Shown piece after piece: positions 37,301 to 46,354 of a stretch of 64,000 nt of DNA. Under the pieces are notes generated by a model. It was not told the origin of the DNA. It saw only the letters and a list, made by a program, of their open reading frames with translations, and ran no database searches. The position numbers and the translations under genes are program-made. How positions within the stretch are numbered: the first letter of the stretch is position 1; every line of letters starts with the position of its first letter. This DNA is from a virus, in the IMG/VR virus record IMGVR_UViG_3300047548_001390, positions 14,107-78,106 of that record, one strand, 5' to 3'.

Positions 37301-38147
37301 CAGCTATTTGCTGAACATTGGTTATGACCCCCAAAATACTTGAAGGATTGCTGAAATTGACATTTCTAATTGAGTTAAAAGAACTTTGTATATTATTGAG
37401 AGATAGCCCACTTGAGCTTATGAGGCTGTTAAGAGACGCTTTGCCATTTAAGACTGCAACCAGTCCACTTCCTAGAGGCCCAGATTGAGTTGCAAGAATT
37501 TTAAATCTACCTATTGCTGAATCAACGTTACCTGTTCCAAGCAGCAGATTTTCAAAAGAATTCTTCGCGATACCATATGTTGACCCAACCCCTCCCACTC
37601 CACCTAAAAGGCCTCCAACAGCACTAGCCGAACTAGCCGTCTTACCAAGAAATGTTTGTAACAACCCAAACGGAGAGTTTGATACCTGATTTTGTGACAG
37701 GTTAGTAATTGCGCTTATTTGGTTATTTTGAGTTGTAATTGGACCAACGTGGTTAGCGTCAACCTCAGCAGGAGTCGTGGGAATAGGTCTTCCAGCTGGA
37801 GTAATCTCATCTCTAAAAAGAGGTGTTTTTTGAAATTCATCCACATGTACGGATTGCGTCTGAGGGATGCCGTTTAGAATTCCAATAACAATTGGTTGCT
37901 GGTTTTCAGGCCAATCGTTGAAGATGACAATAACGGAAGTTCCTTCTGGTGGAGGGATAACTGTAGCACCTGGCACACCAGTGACTGGCTGCATCAACAT
38001 CGCCCATGGTAGGTCCTCTGTTGGCAAAACCACCTTATCATGAGTATGAAGTCCAACAACCCGAACCCTCATCCTCCCCAACATAAGAGGATCAATTCGA
38101 TCCTCTACAACACCAATATAAAATTGACCACCATTACTCTGGATCAT
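34326..38147 (-). CDS. 5: Baseplate hub/spike gp5 with OB-fold, GH19-like lysozyme, beta-helix repeats and C-terminal peptidase M15-like domain
   Basis: [71 protein letters not shown]; SGYR...[11 protein letters not shown]...WIH. Confidence 0.92.
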   Translation of the reverse strand: [1273 protein letters not shown]

Positions 38148-39426
38148 TCAGATTCACCTTAATGCTGTCTTTAATTAATTCCATTGTGCACTCGTGCTTT
38201 TCTCTGGAGATGAAATGACAGATTGATCCTATCAAATAATATCCGGATAGCAATTTGTCTTCAATATCGTCTTTTGTATGAAATTCTTTAATTTGAGTAT
38301 TTTTTGGCACTTCTAAGTAGATTTTCTGGCCAGCGGAGTAATCAGTCCGTCCAAAGACTGTAATTGTCACTTTATACGCTTCCGCTGCCGATAATAATGC
38401 TTTTCTTTTTTGAATCGTCTGTGTGTTTGTCGTATCACTATATCCTTCAAAATTGTTGTAATACATATGGTCATGCATCAACAACCCTTTTGGTCTTGCT
38501 GCAACTTTTGAAGAATACAATGGATGTTCGTTTAGATGGTTTTGTTTTTCAAATTCGGGTTGATGGTAGGTGTGAACATATTGTTTAGTTAATATATCGT
38601 AGTAAATGATCTCACTACCATAAAACCCGGATTGCAATCGATCGATGTAGTTAAAAACATCGGACATTTGAAATTCAATGACACGCTGATAATCTTTCTC
38701 AATATCTCGCTCAGAAGATCCACCACCAATCTCTGCTGAATAATTATCCCAAATAAACCTCTGCATTAACGGAGCACCGGCATACAGGGTTTCTATCGAA
38801 ATAAAATTAAAACCATATTTGTTCTCAAAAAACACATAGGAAGGGGATTCCGTTACACTCACGGCATTATCTGCGCAATACTGTAAACAGCGAGTCGGAC
38901 TCCAAAAATTGGAAACAAACTTAGTTTTGTTTGATGTGTCTTCAATATTGAAGGTTTTTTTCGACTCAAGTCCAAACTCTGACGTAATCAGTTCCTCTAC
39001 TATTTTTGATACTTTTCCGGAATATGCCTTGGATATTTTTTTATTGAGGTCAATGATAGCTTCTTTGGAAATAAAATGGAGAACGTAGACCACCTCTCTT
39101 TCCTGAGTCTTCATTCTATCATCCATTTTATAGATATAGAATTCTTTCTCATACACATCTTTTGCAGGAAGGGATGGAGTTGACACTTTGAGTCGAATCA
39201 CTTCCTCACCAACTAGTGGCATCAGATTTGAAATTTCTTGTGAGTCTTGGAGGATTAGTTTGCCAGAAATAAACATGGAAAACATATCCTCGTAAATTTC
39301 AATACCAACCACTTGAGGAGTTACGGTTTGCGCAAACCCTATAGCCGTAATGATAGTGACGTCATTAATATCAACGTCACCAGCAAACCTTACTTTTTCA
39401 CTGATCTTTTCACTATTTTCAGCCAT
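38134..39426 (-). CDS. Baseplate hub/tail protein (gp27-like)
   Basis: IEIYEDMF...SGKL..DS, YVFFEN..GFNF.S and LSGYYLI..I.H motifs; lies between gp53 and gp5. Confidence 0.7.
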   Translation of the reverse strand: MAENSEKISEKVRFAGDVDINDVTIITAIGFAQTVTPQVVGIEIYEDMFSMFISGKLILQDSQEISNLMPLVGEEVIRLKVSTPSLPAKDVYEKEFYIYKMDDRMKTQEREVVYVLHFISKEAIIDLNKKISKAYSGKVSKIVEELITSEFGLESKKTFNIEDTSNKTKFVSNFWSPTRCLQYCADNAVSVTESPSYVFFENKYGFNFISIETLYAGAPLMQRFIWDNYSAEIGGGSSERDIEKDYQRVIEFQMSDVFNYIDRLQSGFYGSEIIYYDILTKQYVHTYHQPEFEKQNHLNEHPLYSSKVAARPKGLLMHDHMYYNNFEGYSDTTNTQTIQKRKALLSAAEAYKVTITVFGRTDYSAGQKIYLEVPKNTQIKEFHTKDDIEDKLLSGYYLIGSICHFISREKHECTMELIKDSIKVNLNDPE

Positions 39427-39430
39427 GTTT

Positions 39431-39925
39431 TTACACTAGTAATTTAAATTCATCTAAGACTTTAACTAACACTTCTGGAGCAATTAGTTTAATTCTTCTT
39501 TTGTTTTCATTGAGATTATTTTCGTATTGATAATTCGTCACGCCTACAGCATCCATTACATCAGAATTAACAACAAAGCCATCTTTTTCCCAATGGTGAA
39601 TCTCATTTGCTTCTTCAATTGACCCGTATTTAGTTATGATATATTCATCCAATTGGTGATAGTTCTTTGGCCAATCCTCAGCGTAGTTATATTTTTGATT
39701 AGCAATCATAATAACCCAATGATAAAAAGGAGATCCATAAACACGATCAGCAATAATTTCCGGTGTTTCTCCATCCTTGATATCATATTCATCATACAGG
39801 GTAATATTCTCAAGAATTTCTTTTCTTAGACGTACATTAACTGTAATGTCTCTGACAACTTTGAGGACTTCCTCTCCGTTTATATTGTAGAGGTAGTATA
39901 TATTTGGGAATTCTCTAAAATACAT
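39431..39925 (-). CDS. 53: Baseplate wedge subunit gp53
   Basis: MYFREFP...YDIKDGETPEIIADRVYG..YHWVI...NENKRRIKL. Confidence 0.92.
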   Translation of the reverse strand: MYFREFPNIYYLYNINGEEVLKVVRDITVNVRLRKEILENITLYDEYDIKDGETPEIIADRVYGSPFYHWVIMIANQKYNYAEDWPKNYHQLDEYIITKYGSIEEANEIHHWEKDGFVVNSDVMDAVGVTNYQYENNLNENKRRIKLIAPEVLVKVLDEFKLLV

Positions 39926-39927
39926 GA

Positions 39928-41034
39928 TTAGTACCCATCGCGTATAGTTTCTTTTGTCAAGAGAGCCAATTCTCTGAACGTAAGCGAGATATTAATTTGT
40001 GAAGGCATTCCATCATCAAATGAAGTAAACTGACCCTGAGGGGAGTACACCACAGACATATCCGTAAGAACGCAGGATGTGTGTCTGTGTAAGTTCATAT
40101 TTTCTTTACCATTGTTATAATAGTATATGTCGAATTCAGAAGGGTACAAATACAAGAACTGACCTGTATTTGGTTTGAATTCGGGGTGCATGTGTAATTT
40201 GAATTCGTAGATGATATTTTGAACATCCTCAGCTTCTTTTTTAGAGCGCGGAAAGAACTGATAATTGAAACTAAATGTTCTGTAATCAACATCCTTAAAG
40301 ATTTGTTCTTTTTTGGGGTTCATAGCAATCCCAGAGGATTTCGAAAGTAACTCACCCGCTCCTGGAGTTCTCAATGCCAAACCAGCAAGATACCCAGCTG
40401 TATCTTCTGTCAAAGCTGATAACTTGAGCTTAGCAATGTTTTCTGCACCCATTGCAATTGCAATTGAACCGGCTAAATCCGTATCTTGCCAATTCACCCC
40501 ATACTTAATCGACATTTCATTGGGGATGAACAGTGCAATGGCTTTTCTTTGACGTTTGTATTGTTTATTTGCACCACCAACTGCAGCTACAGCAGCAAGA
40601 CCAACCAAAGTACCGACACTAACGTTTGATATGGTGTTGACTGTTTCTTTCAACTTAGCTGCACCCAAACCTGTTGTGGTTTTACCAGCAATGTCAGCTG
40701 CTTGAACTCCTACAGCGCCAGCAACACCTGCAGTTGCAGCTACTCCCGTTTGCGAAATTTGTGAGCCTGATACTGCTCCTTTTCCTCTTGGAGGGACACT
40801 GCTAGCAGGCACAAACCCTCCAGTCGAAGAATCATCTTTGGTCAGCATCGAGTCTTCGTGCACATTAATATAAAAGACAACAAAATTATTACCGTAAGGG
40901 TTGTTTGGGGACAGCAAATCGGAGGGGTACGTCAACCCGTTGGTAGCATACTTGTTTCTTTCGTACTCAGTTGCTGCACGCAATGCCTTTCCGCGCGGTT
41001 GGTATTCGAGCCGTTGATTAGTAGGTTCTGCCAT
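39928..41034 (-). CDS. 48: Baseplate tail-tube cap gp48
   Basis: NPKKEQIFKDVDYRTFSFNYQFFPRS...CVLTDMSVVYSP...LTFREL. Confidence 0.85.
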   Translation of the reverse strand: MAEPTNQRLEYQPRGKALRAATEYERNKYATNGLTYPSDLLSPNNPYGNNFVVFYINVHEDSMLTKDDSSTGGFVPASSVPPRGKGAVSGSQISQTGVAATAGVAGAVGVQAADIAGKTTTGLGAAKLKETVNTISNVSVGTLVGLAAVAAVGGANKQYKRQRKAIALFIPNEMSIKYGVNWQDTDLAGSIAIAMGAENIAKLKLSALTEDTAGYLAGLALRTPGAGELLSKSSGIAMNPKKEQIFKDVDYRTFSFNYQFFPRSKKEAEDVQNIIYEFKLHMHPEFKPNTGQFLYLYPSEFDIYYYNNGKENMNLHRHTSCVLTDMSVVYSPQGQFTSFDDGMPSQINISLTFRELALLTKETIRDGY

Positions 41035-41079
41035 GGAAATCCGATAAGTATTGGGTTATTACGAATTATTTATCACAGC

Positions 41080-41520
41080 ATGACAAAGTATCATAAAAGA
41101 AAATACACCCCAATTCACCCTGAAAAGTATGAAGGTGATCCTACCGGAATCATTGCTAGATCGTCATGGGAAACGAAATTCTTTATTTGGTGTGATAATA
41201 ACCCAGCTGTCATAAAGTGGAGCTCAGAAGAGCTCGTGATACACTATAAATGCAAGACGGATGATCGATGGCACCGGTATTTTCCGGACGCAAAAGTGAA
41301 AATTAAAGACGCAGCTGGAAATATTAAGACGTATATTGTTGAAATTAAACCAGACAAACAGACAAGACCTCCCGAAACCCCCAAAAGAAAAACCAGGCAG
41401 TACATTAATGAAGTACTAACCTGGGGCCGCAACAGTTCCAAGTGGGACGCAGCGATCGAATATTGCAAGGATCGGGGCTGGGAATTTAAGATTCTAACTG
41501 AGAAGCACCTAAATGTTTAA
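41080..41520 (+). CDS. 4: Head completion nuclease-like protein gp4
   Basis: YTPIHPEKYEGDP..I.ARSSWE...HRYFPD...VEIKP...KWDAA..YC..RGWEF.ILTE. Start reassigned to ATG 41080. Confidence 0.93.
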   Translation: MTKYHKRKYTPIHPEKYEGDPTGIIARSSWETKFFIWCDNNPAVIKWSSEELVIHYKCKTDDRWHRYFPDAKVKIKDAAGNIKTYIVEIKPDKQTRPPETPKRKTRQYINEVLTWGRNSSKWDAAIEYCKDRGWEFKILTEKHLNV

Positions 41521-41831
41521 TCATTGTCACAAGCGTTAGCTGAATTATTGACTGCTAACCTTAAATAATACCTTTGAAAAATATAATGGCCACCGCGTCT
41601 TGATTGAACCCAGCACAAATTCCACATTAACGCATTCTTCTGCATTGCTTCAATAATGTCTTCATTTCCAGACCAACCACCGGTAGACATATCAATTTCT
41701 ATTCCGTGGTCATCTATTAATTCCTTTCCCATCCACCAGTTTTGTCTGATGTAGTCAAACCAACCATCAATATCATCTACCAACCAGGTTTCAATCCTGC
41801 TGAGAACTTCTTCTGAAGGATATTGAGTCAT
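41517..41831 (-). CDS. Hypothetical protein
   Basis: STGGWSGNEDII...W..S.RGGH motif; ATGA-coupled. Confidence 0.7.
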   Translation of the reverse strand: MTQYPSEEVLSRIETWLVDDIDGWFDYIRQNWWMGKELIDDHGIEIDMSTGGWSGNEDIIEAMQKNALMWNLCWVQSRRGGHYIFQRYYLRLAVNNSANACDND

Positions 41832-42088
41832 TCTTTTATTCCAAAATGTTGTTTGATCCTAATAACAGCATCTACGATACCACCGTTGATGCCTCTTAGA
41901 TAACATTGATCCTCAATATTATCCTCTTTGTCAATCCATTCCTCCGATACTTTTTCTTCCAAAGCCTGATTGACACATTCCCGAATAATCAACTCGGCGA
42001 ACTTTTCAAAAACCTGATCTTGTGAAGGATAAGGTATTTTATCCGTGAATCTTGCTTTGTCAGCAAGTTCTCTAATTCGTTCGTTCAT
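41828..42088 (-). CDS. MNERI...KFAELI...HFG family protein
   Basis: Paralog of nine other ORFs in this window. Confidence 0.75.
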   Translation of the reverse strand: MNERIRELADKARFTDKIPYPSQDQVFEKFAELIIRECVNQALEEKVSEEWIDKEDNIEDQCYLRGINGGIVDAVIRIKQHFGIKE

Positions 42089-42222
42089 TATTCATCTCCA
42101 TATAGTGCAGCATGCAATCGTTCAATTCGCTCTGCTGCCATAATCAATAACATCTTTAGAGCAATGTTATCTTGACTCTCACTTGCTTTTTTCAGAACAT
42201 CAACTAATTCTCTGTTGGTCAT
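42088..42222 (-). CDS. Small hypothetical protein, 44 aa (absent from the ORF track)
   Basis: MTNRELVDVLKKASESQDNIALKMLLIMAAERIERLHAALYGDE*; coupled on both sides. Confidence 0.55.
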   Translation of the reverse strand: MTNRELVDVLKKASESQDNIALKMLLIMAAERIERLHAALYGDE

Positions 42223-42428
42223 TCTTTTATTCCGAAGTGTTCGCTAATAGCCTCTGCGTAATGGTATCTGTCTATACCACCAGTATCCACTACCGCATAG
42301 ATACACTCTTTGACAATCAACTGTGCGAACTTGTCAACGTTAAAATCAATCCAGTATTCTTCAGGCCACTCAGTTGATGGGATTCTATCCGTGCATTGTT
42401 CCATAAGTTGTTCAATTCGTTCGTTCAT
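42219..42428 (-). CDS. MNERI...HFG family protein
   Basis: Family motifs; ATGA overlaps. Confidence 0.75.
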   Translation of the reverse strand: MNERIEQLMEQCTDRIPSTEWPEEYWIDFNVDKFAQLIVKECIYAVVDTGGIDRYHYAEAISEHFGIKE

Positions 42429-42661
42429 TCTTCAATTCCAAAATGTTCTTTGATGTTTCGTTGAGCAAGTGATAAAGCACTATTATACGCTCCATCATCT
42501 TTAGGACTAATCTTTTGCCACTCCATTAAGCAAACACATCTATTGATGATTAGCTCAGCAAACTTTTTAATAGCCTGATGATCATAGTCATCCATTGAAT
42601 CCCAACACCCCTGTGCTGTTATTCCGGCATAATACATCATATCCTCAATTCGCTCGTTCAT
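42425..42661 (-). CDS. MNERI...HFG family protein
   Basis: Family motifs; ATGA overlaps. Confidence 0.75.
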   Translation of the reverse strand: MNERIEDMMYYAGITAQGCWDSMDDYDHQAIKKFAELIINRCVCLMEWQKISPKDDGAYNSALSLAQRNIKEHFGIEE

Positions 42662-42906
42662 TCTTCATACACCTTTGTGGTAACATCAAAACCTTGATAT
42701 GTTTTCTCTGTGATTACTGTTCCCAATAGATGTTTGACTTTGGGATCATTCCAACTGTCTTCATCAACACAAGTATTCTTTGTAAGCCTCAGTTTACTAA
42801 GAATGTAAATAACTTCCTCTACTGTGGTCACTTTGGACCAATCCAAAGGCTTGGTTCTAACGACAATGGGATCAGGCTTAGTTCGTTTAAATAAATTCCA
42901 CATCAT
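42658..42906 (-). CDS. Hypothetical protein
   Basis: ORF coupled on both sides. Confidence 0.6.
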   Translation of the reverse strand: MMWNLFKRTKPDPIVVRTKPLDWSKVTTVEEVIYILSKLRLTKNTCVDEDSWNDPKVKHLLGTVITEKTYQGFDVTTKVYEE

Positions 42907-43154
42907 TTAACTCCGAAATGTTCTTGGATATGATGAACACAATCTTTCATTGCTCGATCATATCCTTTATCCCAATCTTCCTCTGCCGATTCATTTGTAT
43001 ACCGTTCTGGAGTATTATCAATCAAGGTTTGAACACATTCTCTAACAATCAATTCGGCGAATTTAGAAATATCAAACGACTGATTGCGATCATAGATATT
43101 GGGATTACTACGGAACCCACATTGTTCGGCTAGTTCTTCAATTCGCTTGTTCAT
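42903..43154 (-). CDS. MNKRI...HFG family protein
   Basis: Family motifs; start reassigned to ATG 43154 (ATGA overlap). Confidence 0.75.
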   Translation of the reverse strand: MNKRIEELAEQCGFRSNPNIYDRNQSFDISKFAELIVRECVQTLIDNTPERYTNESAEEDWDKGYDRAMKDCVHHIQEHFGVK

Positions 43155-43429
43155 TTTTTTATTCCAAAGTGTTCTTGGAGATTCATAATATTGTCGATAC
43201 ATTTACTAATGCACAATTCAACGTCAGTCTTATAATTTTCATTATACAATGATTTGCCATATTTGGTCAACCGATCAATTTCAGTCTCAAGAACGTTTAC
43301 ACATTCCTTGACAATCAACTCAGCGAATTTAGGTAGACTGGAATTATAGTTACCTGCCCAGCCAATTCCCTCATCTTTTATGTATTGAAAACCAGCTTGT
43401 TCAGCAAGCTCTTTAATTCGGTCGTTCAC
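43151..43429 (-). CDS. (V)NDRI...HFG family protein
   Basis: Family motifs; probable GTG start at 43429 (ORF track starts at 43438). Confidence 0.7.
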   Translation of the reverse strand: MNDRIKELAEQAGFQYIKDEGIGWAGNYNSSLPKFAELIVKECVNVLETEIDRLTKYGKSLYNENYKTDVELCISKCIDNIMNLQEHFGIKK

Positions 43430-43640
43430 TCTCATCATCCTTAGCTAAAACATGAGTAACAGCAATGTCTGCACCCCATGTTTCTGGTTTAGACTTAAAC
43501 TCTGGTTCTCTATTTTCAACTATCGAAAGCGCCATCTCTAACCCATTATACAATCCCATCATGTACGGGTCATAATTCCAATTGCCTTCATAGCCTTGCA
43601 CTTTTAATACATCACGAATTAATTCTGAAGCATTGTTCAT
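43413..43640 (-). CDS. Hypothetical protein
   Basis: GNWNYDPYM.GLYNGLE.A....E.REP pattern. Confidence 0.7.
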   Translation of the reverse strand: MNNASELIRDVLKVQGYEGNWNYDPYMMGLYNGLEMALSIVENREPEFKSKPETWGADIAVTHVLAKDDESERPN

Positions 43641-43957
43641 TTCTTGAATCCTATTAACTTGAGAAACACTTTTGCAAAAAGATTAGGTGGCTTGGAAACG
43701 TCCAACCTATACGTCACATTTGCAAGGGTGAGGTTAAACGTTGGGGTAATCCTTCCGAGGGCCGTATTTGATGTGAGCGTAATACCCGACTGAAACCAGA
43801 GACCTCTATTCTTTTGATTATAATAGTCGTTTACAAGTTTGCAGAAAGTTGTTGCAAACTGTTTGGTCTTGAAATTATATCTTTCTTTAGTATCAGTATC
43901 GAAAGCGTCAAACGTTCCATCTGGAAGGTCAACAACGTGGTAAGTATTGTAATTCAT
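43637..43957 (-). CDS. Hypothetical protein
   Basis: Coupled ORF in the minus-strand array. Confidence 0.6.
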   Translation of the reverse strand: MNYNTYHVVDLPDGTFDAFDTDTKERYNFKTKQFATTFCKLVNDYYNQKNRGLWFQSGITLTSNTALGRITPTFNLTLANVTYRLDVSKPPNLFAKVFLKLIGFKK

Positions 43958-44313
43958 CTCCAGGTCCTATGCTTTTCGGCAACATGCTCGCTGCCATCAT
44001 ATTCCTCAACAGTCCATTCCACATCATCTGGAATTTCCACAATCTTTAATCTAGCACAACTACCAGATGCAGCTTCACCAAGCTCCTCTACGACCTGTAC
44101 AAGAATAGGATCATTACGTTCCAGGTCGTGATCAAAAAAGTATTCGTTATTGTTTTCAGTCCTCTGATCAGGAGGAGTGAACCAATAATGCACAACGAAA
44201 GATCCCGGCTCATCTTCCGTGTAAATTGGAATCCCTTTAATTTCAAAATACCGAAGAATGGCTTCGTGGGATAACCCAAATCCACCAAAGCAATCATTAA
44301 TTACAACTTTCAT
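43954..44313 (-). CDS. Conserved phage hypothetical protein
   Basis: MKVVINDCFGGFGLS...RNDPILVQVVEELG..ASG...LKIVEIPDDVEW..EYDG.E. Confidence 0.8.
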   Translation of the reverse strand: MKVVINDCFGGFGLSHEAILRYFEIKGIPIYTEDEPGSFVVHYWFTPPDQRTENNNEYFFDHDLERNDPILVQVVEELGEAASGSCARLKIVEIPDDVEWTVEEYDGSEHVAEKHRTWR

Positions 44314-44642
44314 GTCTCGACCTCATCAAATAGTTGCGTGTAGTATGTCATTAAATTCTTTCTAGCAGTGTCAAACGCTTGCTCAGAAGTGTACTGAACG
44401 TGATTTACTCCAGCAACTGCGGTAGCGTAGTCACCTAAAGTATCCAGAGTATCCTGTGCCATTGTTCTTGCTCCAGCATAGAAAGCAGCTTGTAGCCATT
44501 TTACCATAATTGCTGGATTTGGTGCACCCGATTTAAAAGAGTACTCATAGTCATCGTAGAATCGTTCTGCACGCAATGAGAACCCTTCATTTTCGTAGAA
44601 AAACTCTTCGAACTTTTCCTGCAAATCCAGTACTTTACTCAT
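44310..44642 (-). CDS. Hypothetical protein
   Basis: Start reassigned to ATG 44642 (ATGA overlap); EGFSLRAERF motif. Confidence 0.65.
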   Translation of the reverse strand: MSKVLDLQEKFEEFFYENEGFSLRAERFYDDYEYSFKSGAPNPAIMVKWLQAAFYAGARTMAQDTLDTLGDYATAVAGVNHVQYTSEQAFDTARKNLMTYYTQLFDEVET

Positions 44643-45073
44643 ATTGGCTCTCCATATAGCCATAGTATCTTAGGATGGGTCTTTTCGTACTCTTCTACCA
44701 ATTGTTTCAAAGTCCACACTTCTTTTGTGTAAAGGTCATCCAACCATTCACGGAATCGATACCAATCTTCCTTATGCATTGGATGCACAGCGATTTCTTC
44801 ACCGTAGGGATCTCCCGTTCCGTGAACATCAATCCGACCAGTTGCCCACTGCTCACCATGCTCATCAGTCCATTTCTTACTAACTGGACCCATCCAATTC
44901 AAATAATAAGAAATTGCGTTCATGCGGTTTTCCTCTTTGCTGCACTTGTCGGTGGGAATGGGTGCCCAGTCAGCAGCCCACCCATTCTCTGTACGGCGTA
45001 ATTTACTTAGACAGTGAGTGTAATTAGATCGAACTAACGAGGAATTCTCGACTGCCGATTTGTCTTCACTCAT
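44639..45073 (-). CDS. Hypothetical protein
   Basis: ORF track; the true start may be 44923. Confidence 0.55.
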   Translation of the reverse strand: MSEDKSAVENSSLVRSNYTHCLSKLRRTENGWAADWAPIPTDKCSKEENRMNAISYYLNWMGPVSKKWTDEHGEQWATGRIDVHGTGDPYGEEIAVHPMHKEDWYRFREWLDDLYTKEVWTLKQLVEEYEKTHPKILWLYGEPI

Positions 45074-45279
45074 TTGACATTATCCTTTATTGGCCACTGA
45101 CCTATCAACTTATACATTTCTTCTAAGTCCTTATCCCACGGAATAAAAGCTCGAACCGAATCATTCATTCCCCACGACTTATTACACCGAGTGCACCCAA
45201 CTTTCCTTGATGTTGAGCTGAATGTCATTTGGACAATGTATTTGTGTCCAAATAGTGCGCAGAGAATTCTTTCAATCAT
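45070..45279 (-). CDS. Small Cys/His hypothetical protein
   Basis: LC.LFGH.Y...C.RC zinc-ribbon-like pattern. Confidence 0.6.
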   Translation of the reverse strand: MIERILCALFGHKYIVQMTFSSTSRKVGCTRCNKSWGMNDSVRAFIPWDKDLEEMYKLIGQWPIKDNVK

Positions 45280-45572
45280 GTGTTCTTCTCTTTTAATGCA
45301 GCTATAACGGCTTTAACGAAAGCAAACCTATCTTCTGTTTCAGCAGGCGATTTAACCCAAATTTCAAATATTTGCTCTTCTGTCAAGTCTACCCACTCAC
45401 GTTTAGGTGGTGCGGTGTAGAGTGGTGTCACTTGCCATCTGTCCCAAGCGTCTCCGGCAAATTCTTTGTTTGGAAATCTGTCTGAATATGTCCAATGTGG
45501 TGGGCATATCATGTATCTCCACGCTACAGGATCCTGCTTTGCATCAAGATCATCAGTGTTCTCGCTTTTCAC
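45276..45572 (-). CDS. PVAW...PLYTAPP..EWV.LT family protein
   Basis: Paralog of 45569..45796 and 45983..46354. Confidence 0.7.
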   Translation of the reverse strand: MKSENTDDLDAKQDPVAWRYMICPPHWTYSDRFPNKEFAGDAWDRWQVTPLYTAPPKREWVDLTEEQIFEIWVKSPAETEDRFAFVKAVIAALKEKNT

Positions 45573-45796
45573 GTGTTCTTCTCTCTCAGCTTACCTTCGA
45601 TGGTACGAGCGAATCTGATGTCCTCTGGAGACATTGCATCTAGATCGAAAGCCGTCAACCCAACCCACTCACGAGGAGCTTCATATGCAATCTTAGTTTC
45701 AAAAAGATCTTTCTGCCCAAGCTCCTCAAACCGTTCTTTGGAACACGACATATAGTCATCAAACCCTTTGCGTCTTACTAAGTAAATTGGCTTCAT
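45569..45796 (-). CDS. REWVGLT...FAR.IE..L.EKN family protein
   Basis: Shares the family C-terminal module. Confidence 0.65.
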   Translation of the reverse strand: MKPIYLVRRKGFDDYMSCSKERFEELGQKDLFETKIAYEAPREWVGLTAFDLDAMSPEDIRFARTIEGKLREKNT

Positions 45797-45996
45797 TTGT
45801 TATCGTCCCAAGCACCACATACACATTCATTTTCACTATGAGCTGCACAAATGCAAACTCGTCTAAGCTCACCTGTTTCTAGGTTTAGATCATATCCTAC
45901 GGTACCGAACGTATCACTCTGCATGACTAGAGTTGGATACCGTTCATCCTCGTAAGACAAGTAAACCCTAACTCCCAATTCTTCACTGGAAACCAT
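45793..45996 (-). CDS. Small Cys-rich hypothetical protein
   Basis: CICAAHSENECVCGAW C-terminus. Confidence 0.55.
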   Translation of the reverse strand: MVSSEELGVRVYLSYEDERYPTLVMQSDTFGTVGYDLNLETGELRRVCICAAHSENECVCGAWDDNK

Positions 45997-46354
45997 TCTT
46001 TTCCTTCAGTTCGTTTTCAATGACGCGAGCGAACCCTAAAACAAAATCCCTTGTACTTCTTTCAGGTTTCGATTGATCTTCCCATCTGCTCCATATTACA
46101 TCGTCCGTCAACCCGACCCACGGTTGCTTGGGTGGTGCGGTGTATAAAGGTGTACCCTGTTGTCCCTCTCGATTCTCCACCCATGCGTCAAGGTGTAAGT
46201 CATAACGGAAGTAACCAAAAGGTTCTTGCTGCGCCTGCTCAAGTGCTTGGCGTAGTGCTTCAGCGGCGTATTTGTAATCATGAAAATTACCCTCGTTGTT
46301 AGAGGCAGATTCGAGCGCTTCCAACGCCATCTTCAATGCTTCGTCTTTAGTCAT
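45983..46354 (-). CDS. MTKDEALKMALEALE...PLYTAPP..WVGLT family protein
   Basis: Modules shared with 47012..47287 and 45276..45572. Confidence 0.7.
   Translation of the reverse strand: MTKDEALKMALEALESASNNEGNFHDYKYAAEALRQALEQAQQEPFGYFRYDLHLDAWVENREGQQGTPLYTAPPKQPWVGLTDDVIWSRWEDQSKPERSTRDFVLGFARVIENELKEKNGFQ

Noticed and set aside
40858-41079. N-terminal extension of gp4 in the ORF track
   Set aside because: It overlaps gp48 antisense; gp4 similarity begins at ATG 41080.
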